Assembly (NCBI GenBank): GCA_045645205.1
Contig: JAZRIJ010000029.1
Coordinates: 1-63,827 of the forward strand
Origin: Eubacteriales bacterium
GTDB lineage: Bacteria; Bacillota; Clostridia; Oscillospirales; CAG-272
Direction of reading: 5' to 3'
Length of the DNA stretch: 63,827 nt
Shown here: piece by piece, positions 31,843 to 42,644 of the stretch
How positions within the stretch are numbered: position 1 is the stretch's first letter
How the letters are laid out: the number at the start of each line of letters is the position of its first letter
Program-made: the position numbers and the translations under genes
The notes under the pieces: generated by a model
What the model saw: only the letters and a program-made list of their open reading frames with translations
Database searches by the model: none
Told to the model about the DNA's origin: nothing

Positions 31843-32631
31843 ATGTATAACAATATAAAATACGTATGTAAAAAATATAGTTTTCTCTTAAAACAGCTTG
31901 TATCCCGTGATTTTAAGGTTAAATACAAAAGAAGCGTTTTGGGGGTTTTGTGGAGTCTTTTGTACCCCGTTCTTACTATGGCGGTAATGGCGCTTGTGTT
32001 TACTAATGTGTTTAAGTTTACAACTCCGGGTGTAAACTATCTGGCATATCTTATGAGCGGACTTGTTATGTTTAACTATTTCAGTGAAGCTTCAAACCTT
32101 GCAATGAGCAGCGTTGTTGCAAACTTCAGTCTGATAAACAAAGTTTATATGCCGAAATATATTTTCCCGGTTTCGAAATGCGTGTTCGTAGGAATAAACT
32201 TTTTGTTGTCCCTTATTCCGCTTTATGTTATATTGCTTACAACGGGAACAGGGGTAAATATATATCATTTGTTCCTGCCTTACGCTTATGTGTGCCTGTT
32301 TTTGTTTACCTTGGGTTTTAGTATGATACTATCCTCTGTGGCAGTCTTTTTGAGAGATATGTTTTATATCTACGGTGTTGTGATTTCGCTCTGGACTTAT
32401 TTGACACCTATTATGTATGATATTGCTATAATAGACAAGCCTGGGCTGTTGTTTATTTTTAAGCTCAATCCACTTTACTGGATAATATATTTTGTGAGAA
32501 GAATTATGCTTTATAATACTATTCCTGAGATTAATTCATGGATTTATTGCGCTGTATTCGCAATAGGCGCATTGATGATAGGTGTATTCGTATTTAAGAA
32601 AACTCAAGATAAATTTATTTATTATGTTTAA
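31843..32631 (+). CDS. wzm: Polysaccharide ABC exporter permease (Wzm/RgpC)
   Basis: RDFKVKYKRSVLGVLWSLL, multiple TM helices. Confidence 0.87.
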   Translation: MYNNIKYVCKKYSFLLKQLVSRDFKVKYKRSVLGVLWSLLYPVLTMAVMALVFTNVFKFTTPGVNYLAYLMSGLVMFNYFSEASNLAMSSVVANFSLINKVYMPKYIFPVSKCVFVGINFLLSLIPLYVILLTTGTGVNIYHLFLPYAYVCLFLFTLGFSMILSSVAVFLRDMFYIYGVVISLWTYLTPIMYDIAIIDKPGLLFIFKLNPLYWIIYFVRRIMLYNTIPEINSWIYCAVFAIGALMIGVFVFKKTQDKFIYYV

Positions 32632-32644
32632 GTGAGGTTGGCGT

Positions 32645-33394
32645 ATGGAACGAGAAAATTACATGGTTGAAGTTGACAATGTTTCGATGCGTTTTAACCT
32701 TGGTATAGAAAAAGGTTTTTCGCTGAAACAGTGGTTTGTTGACGTAGGAAGCGGAAAGAAGAAAGAGAAAAAAGAATTTTGGGCACTGACCGATGTTAGC
32801 TTTAAGGTGAAAAAAGGCGAGGTTATTGGTTTTATAGGCTCTAACGGCGCGGGAAAATCAACAATGTTGAAAATTGTTGCCGGAGTAATGAAGCCAACAA
32901 AGGGAGAAATTAAGTCATATGGCAATATTTGCCCGATGATTGAGCTTGGCGCAGGCTTTGACCCACAGCTTACTGCAAGAGAGAATATATATCTTAACGG
33001 TGCGATAATGGGGTACTCAAAGGAATTCATTGATTCTAAGTTTAACGAGATAGTTGATTTTTCTGAGCTTCATGATTTCCTTGATGTTCCGGTACAAAAC
33101 TTTTCATCCGGTATGGTTGCAAGACTTGCATTTTCGGTTGCAACAATAGTTGATCCGGAGATTTTGATAGTTGACGAAATTTTGTCAGTAGGCGACATTG
33201 CATTTCAGGCAAAGAGTGAACAAAAAATGTTAAGTATGATAAACGGCGGTACTACAGTGTTGTTTGTTTCTCATTCAATAGAACAAATCAAAAAAATGTG
33301 CGATACGGTCGTTTGGCTTGAACACGGCGTTGTTCAAAAAATCGGTGGCAAAGAAGTTTGTGATGAGTATAAGAATGCTATGATGGGATGCTAA
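32645..33394 (+). CDS. wzt: Polysaccharide ABC exporter ATPase (Wzt/RgpD), no C-terminal carbohydrate-binding domain
   Basis: GSNGAGKST, FSSGM, VDEILSVGD. Confidence 0.88.
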   Translation: MERENYMVEVDNVSMRFNLGIEKGFSLKQWFVDVGSGKKKEKKEFWALTDVSFKVKKGEVIGFIGSNGAGKSTMLKIVAGVMKPTKGEIKSYGNICPMIELGAGFDPQLTARENIYLNGAIMGYSKEFIDSKFNEIVDFSELHDFLDVPVQNFSSGMVARLAFSVATIVDPEILIVDEILSVGDIAFQAKSEQKMLSMINGGTTVLFVSHSIEQIKKMCDTVVWLEHGVVQKIGGKEVCDEYKNAMMGC

Positions 33395-33396
33395 AA

Positions 33397-34491
33397 ATGT
33401 CAGAGGGTAAAAAAATAATTTTTTTTAGTCGCGATTTGAAAGTCGGTGGTATGGAAAAAGCCTTGGTTGTGCTTTTGAATGCTTTGATATCGTCTGATTA
33501 TAACGTAACATTGGTGCTTGAAAAGAAGGAAGGTGGGCTTTTAAAAGCACTTGACAAAAGAATAACAGTTAGAGAATACCGCCTTTCTTATAATAGAAAC
33601 GTATTGATTCGAAAGGCAGTTAACTTTTTACACCGTTTTATGTGGTCGGCATTAAATTACAATAAATATGATTTTTCTTGTAATTATGCAACATATTCTG
33701 TTATAGGAAGCAAGTTGGCTGCTGTGGCATCAAGAAATTCATCGTTATACGTTCACTCTGATTATTATGAGTATTATTCGGGAGATGAAGGAGTAATCAA
33801 GACTTTTTTTGTTCAACAGGGGATAACGGAGCTGAAGCATATCATTTTTGTATCGAACGAGGCGAAGACAAAAATTGAGTTGGTGTGTCCTGACTGTGCT
33901 CAAAAGTTTTGTGTTATAAGTAATTTGATTGATTCTTGCGGAATAGTTTCAGACAGTACAAAAAAAACGGAATACGAAAAAGTGGCGGGGAAACAGTTAA
34001 TATTGTTTGTTGGGAGACTGGAAGAAAAGTCGAAGCGGCTTTCCAGATTGATTAAAAGCTTTAAGCATGTTGCCGAACAGTCAGATGCATACCGTTTATT
34101 GATCGTAGGGGATGGGGCAGACAGGGACTTGTGCGAAAAATATATTGAGAAGTACAAGCTGTCGCATTATGTAAAAATGCTGGGAGAGACCAATAATCCG
34201 TATCCGTATATAAAAATGGCAGATTGCGTGATACTTACATCAGATTTTGAGGGATTTCCCGTTATATACAACGAGTGTTTGGTTTTAAAGACACCGATTA
34301 TAACCACAATTCCTGTATCGGATAACTATTTAGATTTCAGAAATTATTCTGTTTTGACAGAAAAAGATTCGAAACAGATTGCCGAAGAGTTGTTGAAAAA
34401 AAGTTATGCTAATATTATTTTTAAAAAAGTAGATATAGAAGAAATTAATCGTAAAAGATTAGAAAATATAAAACAAATTATTAATAATTAG
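33397..34491 (+). CDS. GT-B (GT4-like) glycosyltransferase
   Basis: GGMEK, FVGRL, EGFPVIYNE. Confidence 0.85.
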   Translation: MSEGKKIIFFSRDLKVGGMEKALVVLLNALISSDYNVTLVLEKKEGGLLKALDKRITVREYRLSYNRNVLIRKAVNFLHRFMWSALNYNKYDFSCNYATYSVIGSKLAAVASRNSSLYVHSDYYEYYSGDEGVIKTFFVQQGITELKHIIFVSNEAKTKIELVCPDCAQKFCVISNLIDSCGIVSDSTKKTEYEKVAGKQLILFVGRLEEKSKRLSRLIKSFKHVAEQSDAYRLLIVGDGADRDLCEKYIEKYKLSHYVKMLGETNNPYPYIKMADCVILTSDFEGFPVIYNECLVLKTPIITTIPVSDNYLDFRNYSVLTEKDSKQIAEELLKKSYANIIFKKVDIEEINRKRLENIKQIINN

Positions 34492-34503
34492 AAAGGTTTT
34501 TTT

Positions 34504-36309
34504 ATGAGTAAGATAATTCATTACTGTTGGTTTGGAGATAAAAAACCGGACAAGCTTGCCCAAAAATGTATGAAGAGCTGGGGAAAATTTCTCCCGGATT
34601 ATAAGATAATGCTGTGGAATGAAGAAACGTTTGATGTAAACAGTACGCCTTTTTCCAAAACGGCTTATACAGAAAAAAAGTGGGCATTTGTAAGCGATGT
34701 TGCAAGAATATATGCCTTGCGTGAATATGGTGGCATCTATTTTGATACCGATATGATGATCACAAAAGATGTAAGTGATATAATTGATGTTAACTTTTTT
34801 GCGGGATGGGAAACAAATTACAATGTTGCTGTGGGTGTGTTGGGAGTGAAAGAGAAAAAACATCCTATTATTGAGCAGCTATATTCATATTACAGCAACA
34901 CAGAGTTTGATAAAAATAATCCTTATGGCCAGACTATCCCTACCTTGTTGACCAAGGCTTTGAAGCAGAGATACGGTTTGAAGCATGACCATATGCATAA
35001 TCAGGAGTTGGGGGATGGCGTAGTTATTTATGCAAATGATTATTTTTATCCAATAACGCCCGACAGTTCGGCAAATAAATTTACCGAAAACACATGTATG
35101 ATACATTATTATAACGGTAGTTGGCTTACAAAAGAACAGCGTCATATAAACAAAGTATACTCTGTTCTTGGAACAAGGTTGGCTTCCATATATTATGATT
35201 GGAAGTTTTCGTTCAAGAATTTTCTAAAATGTTCAGCAAAACTTATGTTTTATCCTATAGTAAAGCGAAGACGGGATAAAATAATGCAAAATAATGCTGA
35301 CCTTATGTATGAGACATTTGAAAAAGATTATATAAAGGAACAAAAAAGTGATTACATAGTCTTTTACCAACCTAATTGGCTAGGAACTTCTATTGCAACA
35401 AAGATGTTGTTTGACAGTGTGTGTCCGCTTGAAGAGTTGAGTGAAGATAGTGTAATTAAAAGGATTGCAGACACTCTTATCAAGGATAACTACAGGCTTA
35501 TTGCGTTCAGTGCATTTGCCCTTGGATGGCATAAACTTATTGATGTTTTAAGAGAAAAAGGATACTCCGGGACAATTAAGGTTATTTGGCATGGAAGTAA
35601 TTGTATGAATATTGAAGATTATGACTGGACAGTATTTAACTATTTAATTGAAAGAGTAAAAAATAATAACATAACCAGTCTTTGTTTTGTAAAGAAGAGT
35701 ATGTACGAATTTTACAGAACAAAAGGCTACAGAGTTGAGTTTTTGATGAACACGCTGTCTGTTCCAAAAGGGTTAACTTGTAAAAGACAAACGGATAAAA
35801 AAGATGAAAAAATCAGAGTCGGTCTTTATGCTTCGGGAGACAGATGGGTTAAAAATTATTACAATCAGATCTGTGCGGCAAGTCTGGTTGAAAATGTTAT
35901 TGTTGAATGTACTCCATTGACTTCAAAGACAATTGATTTTGCAAATATTATCGGTGTCGATGTGGTAGGAGCTTCAAAGAGTGTTGAACATGAACAGTTG
36001 TTAAAAATGATGGCTCAAAATGATTTGAATTTGTATGTTACGTTTACGGAATGTGCTCCCTTGGTTCCGTTGGAAAGTTTTGAAGTAGGTGTTCCTTGTA
36101 TTACGGGAAACAATCATCATTATTGGGAAGGGCATGAGTTGAGAGATTACATTGTTGTTAACGAGGCTGATGATGTTATTAAAATTCACGAAAAGATAGA
36201 GTATTGTTTGAAAAACAAAGAACGTATAATGCAACTTTACAGGGAGTGGAAAAAAGACTACGACATACAGGCTAAACAGAGTGTTATTGATTTTTTAAAC
36301 ACAAAATAA
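34504..36309 (+). CDS. Two-domain glycosyltransferase (GT32-like DxD domain plus GT-B-like domain)
   Basis: IIHYCWFG and GGIYFDTD at the N-terminus; ECAPLVPLES at the C-terminus. Confidence 0.78.
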   Translation: MSKIIHYCWFGDKKPDKLAQKCMKSWGKFLPDYKIMLWNEETFDVNSTPFSKTAYTEKKWAFVSDVARIYALREYGGIYFDTDMMITKDVSDIIDVNFFAGWETNYNVAVGVLGVKEKKHPIIEQLYSYYSNTEFDKNNPYGQTIPTLLTKALKQRYGLKHDHMHNQELGDGVVIYANDYFYPITPDSSANKFTENTCMIHYYNGSWLTKEQRHINKVYSVLGTRLASIYYDWKFSFKNFLKCSAKLMFYPIVKRRRDKIMQNNADLMYETFEKDYIKEQKSDYIVFYQPNWLGTSIATKMLFDSVCPLEELSEDSVIKRIADTLIKDNYRLIAFSAFALGWHKLIDVLREKGYSGTIKVIWHGSNCMNIEDYDWTVFNYLIERVKNNNITSLCFVKKSMYEFYRTKGYRVEFLMNTLSVPKGLTCKRQTDKKDEKIRVGLYASGDRWVKNYYNQICAASLVENVIVECTPLTSKTIDFANIIGVDVVGASKSVEHEQLLKMMAQNDLNLYVTFTECAPLVPLESFEVGVPCITGNNHHYWEGHELRDYIVVNEADDVIKIHEKIEYCLKNKERIMQLYREWKKDYDIQAKQSVIDFLNTK

Positions 36310-36342
36310 TGCCTAATAAGCTGAAGTGAATGGGAGTAAATT

Positions 36343-37452
36343 ATGAAAAAAATCAGAGTAATGAGCATCTTTGGTACACGCCCCGAGGCTATAAAGATGG
36401 CTCCCTTAGTAAAAGAACTTGAAAGACGTGAAGAAATCGAGAGTATCGTTTGCGTTACGGCGCAGCACAGAGAAATGCTGGATCAGGTTTTAGCAACATT
36501 TGATATAAAGCCCGATTATGACCTTAATATGATGAAGCAGGGGCAAACACTTGTCGATATCACTAACCACGCTTTGACAGGTGTTTATGCTGTCATTAAG
36601 GAAGCAAAACCTAATATTGTGCTTGTTCACGGTGATACATCAACAACTTTTGCAGGCGCTTTAGCAGCATTTTATAATCAGGTTGCAATAGGCCATGTTG
36701 AAGCAGGTCTTCGTACATATAATAAGTACTCGCCTTACCCTGAGGAAATGAATCGTCAGATGGTTGACTGCATGACCGATATGTACTTTGCTCCAACAGA
36801 GCTGAGTCGCGAAAATCTGCTCAAGGAAAACTATGATGACAGCAAAATTTATGTTACGGGTAACACGGCTATTGATGCTATGAGTACAACTGTCGAAGAA
36901 AACTATACTCACCCCGAGCTTGACTGGCTCGAGGGAGATAAGATGATCCTGCTTACTGCTCACAGACGTGAAAATCTTGGTGAGCCTATGAAAAATATTT
37001 TCAGGGGTATCAGAAAGGTTCTCGACGAGGTTGAGGGTATCAAGGTTATTTACCCGATACATAAAAATCCGCTTGTGCGCGCGGCTGCGGATGAAATATT
37101 CGAAGACTGCGACAGAGTTAAGCTTATTGAGCCTCTGGAAGTATTTGACTTCCATAACTTCCAGAATATTTCTCACTTGATCTTAACAGACAGCGGCGGT
37201 ATTCAAGAGGAAGCACCTTCGCTTGGTAAGCCGGTTCTTGTTCTTCGTGATACCACCGAGCGTCCCGAGGGCATTGCTGCAGGTACTTTGAAGCTTGTAG
37301 GAACGGATTCCGAGGTTATTTACAGAGAAACAATGCGTTTGCTTAATGACAAAGAAGAATATGACCGTATGAGCAAAGCCTCTAACCCCTATGGTGACGG
37401 TCATGCAAGCGAGCGAATCGTTGATGCTATTATAGAGAAATTCAGTAGATAA
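36343..37452 (+). CDS. wecB: UDP-N-acetylglucosamine 2-epimerase (non-hydrolysing)
   Basis: GTRPEAIKMAP, HVEAGLR, TDSGGIQEE. Confidence 0.94.
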   Translation: MKKIRVMSIFGTRPEAIKMAPLVKELERREEIESIVCVTAQHREMLDQVLATFDIKPDYDLNMMKQGQTLVDITNHALTGVYAVIKEAKPNIVLVHGDTSTTFAGALAAFYNQVAIGHVEAGLRTYNKYSPYPEEMNRQMVDCMTDMYFAPTELSRENLLKENYDDSKIYVTGNTAIDAMSTTVEENYTHPELDWLEGDKMILLTAHRRENLGEPMKNIFRGIRKVLDEVEGIKVIYPIHKNPLVRAAADEIFEDCDRVKLIEPLEVFDFHNFQNISHLILTDSGGIQEEAPSLGKPVLVLRDTTERPEGIAAGTLKLVGTDSEVIYRETMRLLNDKEEYDRMSKASNPYGDGHASERIVDAIIEKFSR

Positions 37453-37476
37453 TTATTTAATAAGGAATGTTATTGA

Positions 37477-38745
37477 ATGAGAGAAAAGATTTCAAAGCTT
37501 GTAAATGTCTATAAAAAATACGGTTTTGTCGGCTTCTTAAAAAAGCTGTACGCCTATATTGTTGCAAACTATTTGAATAAAATAAGCTTTGCCGTGTTTT
37601 TTAACCCGAAGAAATACAGAAAACAGATATGCGAAATACTCAATTCTAATTCATATGACCGAATAGTACTGTGGCGAAGCAGTTTTGGATATAATGTTCC
37701 TTTGTTTCAGCGTCCTCAGCATATAGCTAATAACCTTGCAAAGAACCGATGTCTTGTTTTGTATGAGGTAACTACTATGACAGACAAGGTTAAGACATTT
37801 AAATTTTTTAGTAATAATTTTTATCTCATAAATTATAATAATATACTGTTAAATAAAATTCTTATGTCCGAGCTTGAAAAGGTAGACAAGCCTAAATATA
37901 TTCAGCTTTATTCAACCGACTGGAAGCTTTCGGTACAAAATATAAAAGACTATATGTCGAAGGGCTACGGCTTTATCTACGAATACATAGATGATATCAG
38001 TTCCGAGCTTGCGGGAACAAAAAATCTTCCGCAAAACATTGTTGACAAATATGAATTTGCGATGACAAACACTGATGTATTTGTAGTAGTAACGGCAGAT
38101 CTTCTAAGAGAAGATGTAATTAAACACAGGGGTGAAAAAAATCTTGTCATGTCATCAAATGGAGTTGACTATTCTTTCTTTGAAAGTGTTGATGATAACT
38201 TTGATTTTATTCCGGAGTTTCAAGCGGTTCTTGATAAAGGGAAGTCAATAATGTGTTATTACGGTGCTCTGGCAAAATGGTTTGACTATGATCTAATTAA
38301 AAAGATTGCGCAGACAGATAGATACTCTGTAGTACTTTTTGGTATTAAGTATGACGAATCTTACGATGAAAATATGAATAACGAAGAAAATATATATTTT
38401 CTCGGTTCAGTAGACTATAAAGTCTTGAAAAACTATGCAGCAAAGTGTGATATACTTACTATCCCTTTTAAGATTAATAATATAACCAAAGCAACAAGTC
38501 CTGTTAAGCTTTTTGAGTATATGGCACTTCATAAGCCTATTGTTACAACGGATATGAATGAGTGCTGTAAGTACAAAAGTGTTCTTCGGGGTGAAGATCA
38601 TGATGATTTTATTGCTAAGCTTGATAAAGCAATGAAGCTGAAAAATGATAAAGAGTATATTGATTTGCTTGATAAAGAAGCAAAAGACAATGATTGGTCA
38701 ATGAAAGCTAAGGTTATTATAGATCTCATATCAAAATATGAATAA
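37477..38745 (+). CDS. GT-B glycosyltransferase (TuaH-like)
   Basis: QRPQH, NGVD, YYGALAKWFD, SPVKLFEY. Confidence 0.82.
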   Translation: MREKISKLVNVYKKYGFVGFLKKLYAYIVANYLNKISFAVFFNPKKYRKQICEILNSNSYDRIVLWRSSFGYNVPLFQRPQHIANNLAKNRCLVLYEVTTMTDKVKTFKFFSNNFYLINYNNILLNKILMSELEKVDKPKYIQLYSTDWKLSVQNIKDYMSKGYGFIYEYIDDISSELAGTKNLPQNIVDKYEFAMTNTDVFVVVTADLLREDVIKHRGEKNLVMSSNGVDYSFFESVDDNFDFIPEFQAVLDKGKSIMCYYGALAKWFDYDLIKKIAQTDRYSVVLFGIKYDESYDENMNNEENIYFLGSVDYKVLKNYAAKCDILTIPFKINNITKATSPVKLFEYMALHKPIVTTDMNECCKYKSVLRGEDHDDFIAKLDKAMKLKNDKEYIDLLDKEAKDNDWSMKAKVIIDLISKYE

Positions 38746-38865
38746 AGAATAAAAAATTCCTTTCACTTTAAATTTAAAGTAAAAGGAATTTTTTGCATAT
38801 TTAAAAAGGGGTGTCTCAAATACTCTTATAACTTGCATTTTAGACAACCCCTATAATTAGCTTTA

Positions 38866-40482
38866 TTAACCGCCGACGTACATTTTAATGCCTTCTTCGT
38901 TGAGAGAGTAGGGGCATACCGAAATACCGTTTACAGTCATTTCAAAGTGGAGATTTGCGCCGTTTGCAAAGCCGGAGCTTCCTACGTTACCAATAACAGC
39001 GCCTTTTTCAACAATGTCACCCACATTTACTGATATATTGCTCATATTCATATACCACGTTTTTAATCCGTATCCGTGATCTATTACAACCATCTTACCG
39101 CTGTAAAGCTGTTCACCCACATATACGACCTTACCGCCGTTTGCGGCAATTATTTCAGCATTCGGGTTAACAACATAGTCAACACCTGAGTTTACAAACT
39201 GTGTTCCCGTAGCCGAAAGGACAATGGTTCTACCAAATCCCCAACGAATACTTGTACCAACAGGGGGAGTAAAAATATCTGACCAATAACGAGTGGATTC
39301 GTTTTTGTTTACAGTGCTCTTAAGGGCATTGTTGAATGCGTCCATAATGGCTTGAGTTCTTGTTCTGCCTATAATATCTGCTGTAATATTTGAGTAAATG
39401 TTGCTCTTTACGGCTCTCTCTGTTACGGTAAGTGTAAGCTCTTCAGTTACACCGCCCGAGGAGACCGTAAACACATAAGACGGAGAGTATTCCAAATCAA
39501 CAGCGATAGGTATAAGAGCAACAACGAAATCGCCTTCCTGATAGAACGTGGGGGTATATTTAATTTCCGGTTCTGATTTAAAGTTAATAGCGTTAATATC
39601 GAGTATATTTTTTCCTGTAAGAACGACAAATTCGCCTTGTTCAATTGTATCTTCACCGAGGTAGAAAGAGGCGGGAGCGCTTACATTTGCGGTAAATACA
39701 TATTTTGCTTCTCCGTAGTATTCCTTTTCAGCGGTCTCGTACCATTTTGCGTTTACTTCAATGTTAAAAGTTTTGTTGGTTTCACCGATAATAGAGGGGG
39801 TAAGATTTTCATAGAGGTCGTTAAATATCTCTTCCTCTCCGTGCATTATCTTAACGGTAATATAGTCAGGTTGATTTGTAAATGCAAGCTGTAGACTACC
39901 GGAAACAGGATACTGTGCGGAGGTATCTTCTTTACCCGAATAAGAAGTGGAAATATATTCTCCACCGCCTGCCTTGTATTTCCAGTCCATGTTGTATGGC
40001 TCAAGTATGCTTATGTTTGATACAGTAAGCTCGGGTTCGGTGGAAGCTTCGTATGTGCTTTCGGCATATTTCATGGAAAGAAAGTCAATAGCTGTATTGC
40101 TGTTGATGCTGTAAGTTTTGTTCTGTGCATCAATGTAGTATGCTTCATTAGGGTTGGCTGTAAAGAAATACTTGTACACCTTGTCCTTATTGTAGCTCTT
40201 ATAAACTGCTTCGTAGTATTCGGTATTTTTTAGCTGATCGGGGAGTTCCGAAACCTGTTTTGCACTATCGTTCATTTTTACAAAAAATGATATCATATCT
40301 TTTGACTCAGTGCTTTTCTTGTCGAAAACAAACTTGTTTCCGTCAAGGTCGGTAAGGGTTAATTTTTCGACCGTTCTTTCAGCAACAGGTGCATTTTGTG
40401 CGGATATATAATAAGCAACTGCCAAATAAGTAGGAATAAAAATTGCTATTATAATGAGCACAGCAATTATTTTTTTCTTCAT
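38866..40482 (-). CDS. Membrane-anchored M23 family peptidase, metal ligands partly degenerate
   Basis: N-terminal TM; VVIDHGYG and NLHFE; NSGVD replaces HxxxD. Confidence 0.75.
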   Translation of the reverse strand: MKKKIIAVLIIIAIFIPTYLAVAYYISAQNAPVAERTVEKLTLTDLDGNKFVFDKKSTESKDMISFFVKMNDSAKQVSELPDQLKNTEYYEAVYKSYNKDKVYKYFFTANPNEAYYIDAQNKTYSINSNTAIDFLSMKYAESTYEASTEPELTVSNISILEPYNMDWKYKAGGGEYISTSYSGKEDTSAQYPVSGSLQLAFTNQPDYITVKIMHGEEEIFNDLYENLTPSIIGETNKTFNIEVNAKWYETAEKEYYGEAKYVFTANVSAPASFYLGEDTIEQGEFVVLTGKNILDINAINFKSEPEIKYTPTFYQEGDFVVALIPIAVDLEYSPSYVFTVSSGGVTEELTLTVTERAVKSNIYSNITADIIGRTRTQAIMDAFNNALKSTVNKNESTRYWSDIFTPPVGTSIRWGFGRTIVLSATGTQFVNSGVDYVVNPNAEIIAANGGKVVYVGEQLYSGKMVVIDHGYGLKTWYMNMSNISVNVGDIVEKGAVIGNVGSSGFANGANLHFEMTVNGISVCPYSLNEEGIKMYVGG

Positions 40483-40688
40483 ATTACCGCCTCCATAGTG
40501 AAGTGTGTCTCAAGAATATTTGTATTCCATTATATTATATATTATTTTTAACCGCAGGTCAAGACCCAAAGTAATATTTTAGATAAATTAGTAATTTCGG
40601 TGGTGCATAAAAACTGTAAAAAAGTATGCGCCCTTTTTATTTTTAAAAAGGACGCATACAAAGGTTGAGGGAAAAATATTAACTTAGT

Positions 40689-42113
40689 TTATTCAAGAGA
40701 ATTTTTTTTACTGCTCTTTGCCGCCTCGGACACTAATTTACCCAAAGCAAACAAGGCGATAACGTTAGGTATTACCATGAGGTTATTAAACATATCGGTA
40801 AGCTCCCAAACGAGATCGTTTGAAAGAAGCGAACCTGCAAATATAAACAGAATGGCAATTACGGAATATGCAATGTTGAACTTCTTTCCGAAAAGGTAAA
40901 CTGCGTTGATTCTTCCAAAAAGGTTCCAGCTAATGATAGTGGAGAATGCAAAGAAGAAGAGACAAATTGCAACAAATATGTTACCTATATTTGCATTTCC
41001 GAAAGCATTACCGAAAGCAATCTGCGCAAGGTTTGTTTTTGTAAGCTCTGCAGCTGTTACTGCGCCATCAAGTGTTACGCCGTCGGCAAAGTTTGCGGGA
41101 TTGAGAGCTCCGTCGCCTGTAAAGAATGTAGAAATAACAACGAGAGCTGTAAATGTGAGTACGACAAATGTATCTATAAATACACCGATCATAGCAACAA
41201 CGCCCTGGTCATGAGGTTTTTCAACGTTAGCCTGAGCATGCGCGTGGGGAGTTGAACCCATACCTGCTTCGTTTGAGAAAAGACCACGCTTTGCACCCTG
41301 TGTTACAGCTGTATAAATAGCTGCGCCGACGCTTCCTCCAAGAGCTGCCTTTGCATTGAATGCGTACTTAAATATTGAAGCAAATGTTTCGGGAATGTGT
41401 TCGATATTAACAGCCAGAACGATAAGACCGCCGATGATATAAAGACCTGCCATAAAGGGAACTATCTTTTCCGTAACTGAACCGATACGCTGAACACCGC
41501 CGATAAAGATGAAAGCAGCAATTGCCGCAACGATCGCTCCAACTATCCAGCCGGGAATGTTAAAAGCGTTTGTGCATGACTCGGCAATTGAGTTTGACTG
41601 AACCATAGAACCCATAAAACCAAGAGCAAGCATAGCTGCAACAGCAAAGAACCCTGCAAGGAACTTACCGAAACTTCCCTTAAATACGCTTGTTATGTAG
41701 TAAACCGGACCGCCCTTTACAGTACCGTCTTCTTCGACAACACGTGTTTTCTGAGCAACAACTGCTTCTCCGTAAATTGTAGCCATACCGAAGAAAGCAA
41801 TTATCCACATCCAGAAAATAGCACCGGGACCACCTATGAGAATAGCGCCGCAAGCACCGACAACATTACCTGTTCCGACCTGTGCCGCAATAGCGGTTGC
41901 AAGGGACTGGAACGAGCTGAGACCTGACTGATGTTTTTTGCCGTTCAGAGAAAAGCTGCTAAACAGTCTCTTCCAGCCTTCGCCGAAGCAACGAACCTGT
42001 ACAAAGCGTGTTTTTATCGAATAATAAAGACCTACGCCTACAAGAAGAATAATAAGAATGTAGTTTGACAGATATGTATTAATACCTGCAACTATGTTGA
42101 ATAAAAAGTCCAT
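40689..42113 (-). CDS. Alanine/glycine:cation symporter (AGCS family)
   Basis: AAQVGTGN, GGPGAIFWMW, RGLFSNEAGMGS. Confidence 0.92.
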   Translation of the reverse strand: MDFLFNIVAGINTYLSNYILIILLVGVGLYYSIKTRFVQVRCFGEGWKRLFSSFSLNGKKHQSGLSSFQSLATAIAAQVGTGNVVGACGAILIGGPGAIFWMWIIAFFGMATIYGEAVVAQKTRVVEEDGTVKGGPVYYITSVFKGSFGKFLAGFFAVAAMLALGFMGSMVQSNSIAESCTNAFNIPGWIVGAIVAAIAAFIFIGGVQRIGSVTEKIVPFMAGLYIIGGLIVLAVNIEHIPETFASIFKYAFNAKAALGGSVGAAIYTAVTQGAKRGLFSNEAGMGSTPHAHAQANVEKPHDQGVVAMIGVFIDTFVVLTFTALVVISTFFTGDGALNPANFADGVTLDGAVTAAELTKTNLAQIAFGNAFGNANIGNIFVAICLFFFAFSTIISWNLFGRINAVYLFGKKFNIAYSVIAILFIFAGSLLSNDLVWELTDMFNNLMVIPNVIALFALGKLVSEAAKSSKKNSLE

Positions 42114-42220
42114 ACAGACCCTCCTAAAAATAAAAAATGCAAAGCTAAATCGTACAAATAGACAGCAGCTCTGCAGAAAAATATATTACAGCATACAAAT
42201 AATATGCGGTAAAAATATTT

Positions 42221-42420
42221 ATGCTCTGTCCTTTTGCCTGAGAGATTCGTATCAAGAAATTATTACTTCAAGTTACTTACACCTTCGGCACTCAAAACCC
42301 ATATATAAGGGCAAGAGATTCTCCAGAGTGCTATCTGTTTACAGTCTTATCTGAAAAAACAAATTCCTGAGAGATTTACTCCTTCGGCACGGCATTACCC
42401 GACTTTCCTGCAAACTTCAT
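42221..42420 (-). promoter_or_regulatory. Tandem glycine riboswitch
   Basis: Minus strand has two aptamers, each with GCCGAAG...CTCTCAGG, ending CAGGCAAAAGGACAGAG; directly upstream of the symporter. Confidence 0.9.
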
Positions 42421-42644
42421 TTAGCTTATATTTAATTTTGTCGAAAATTATTATATCACATTTTTTACAAAAATCAATAGGTTTTCTTAATATTTTTGCA
42501 CAAAAAAATTTTTCTGATTGTTTTTATATGGTTTAATGTAAATTAAAAATAATTAATGTATAAAAGTATTGACAATATGTCGGAGCTGTGTTAATGTAAT
42601 AGTACACTTTTAGTATAACTTTTTATTAAAAAACGGAGAATTTT

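Noticed and set aside
42221-42420. Repeated CCTGAGAGATT / CCTTCGGCAC motifs as a novel repeat
   Set aside because: Fully explained by the two aptamers of a tandem glycine riboswitch
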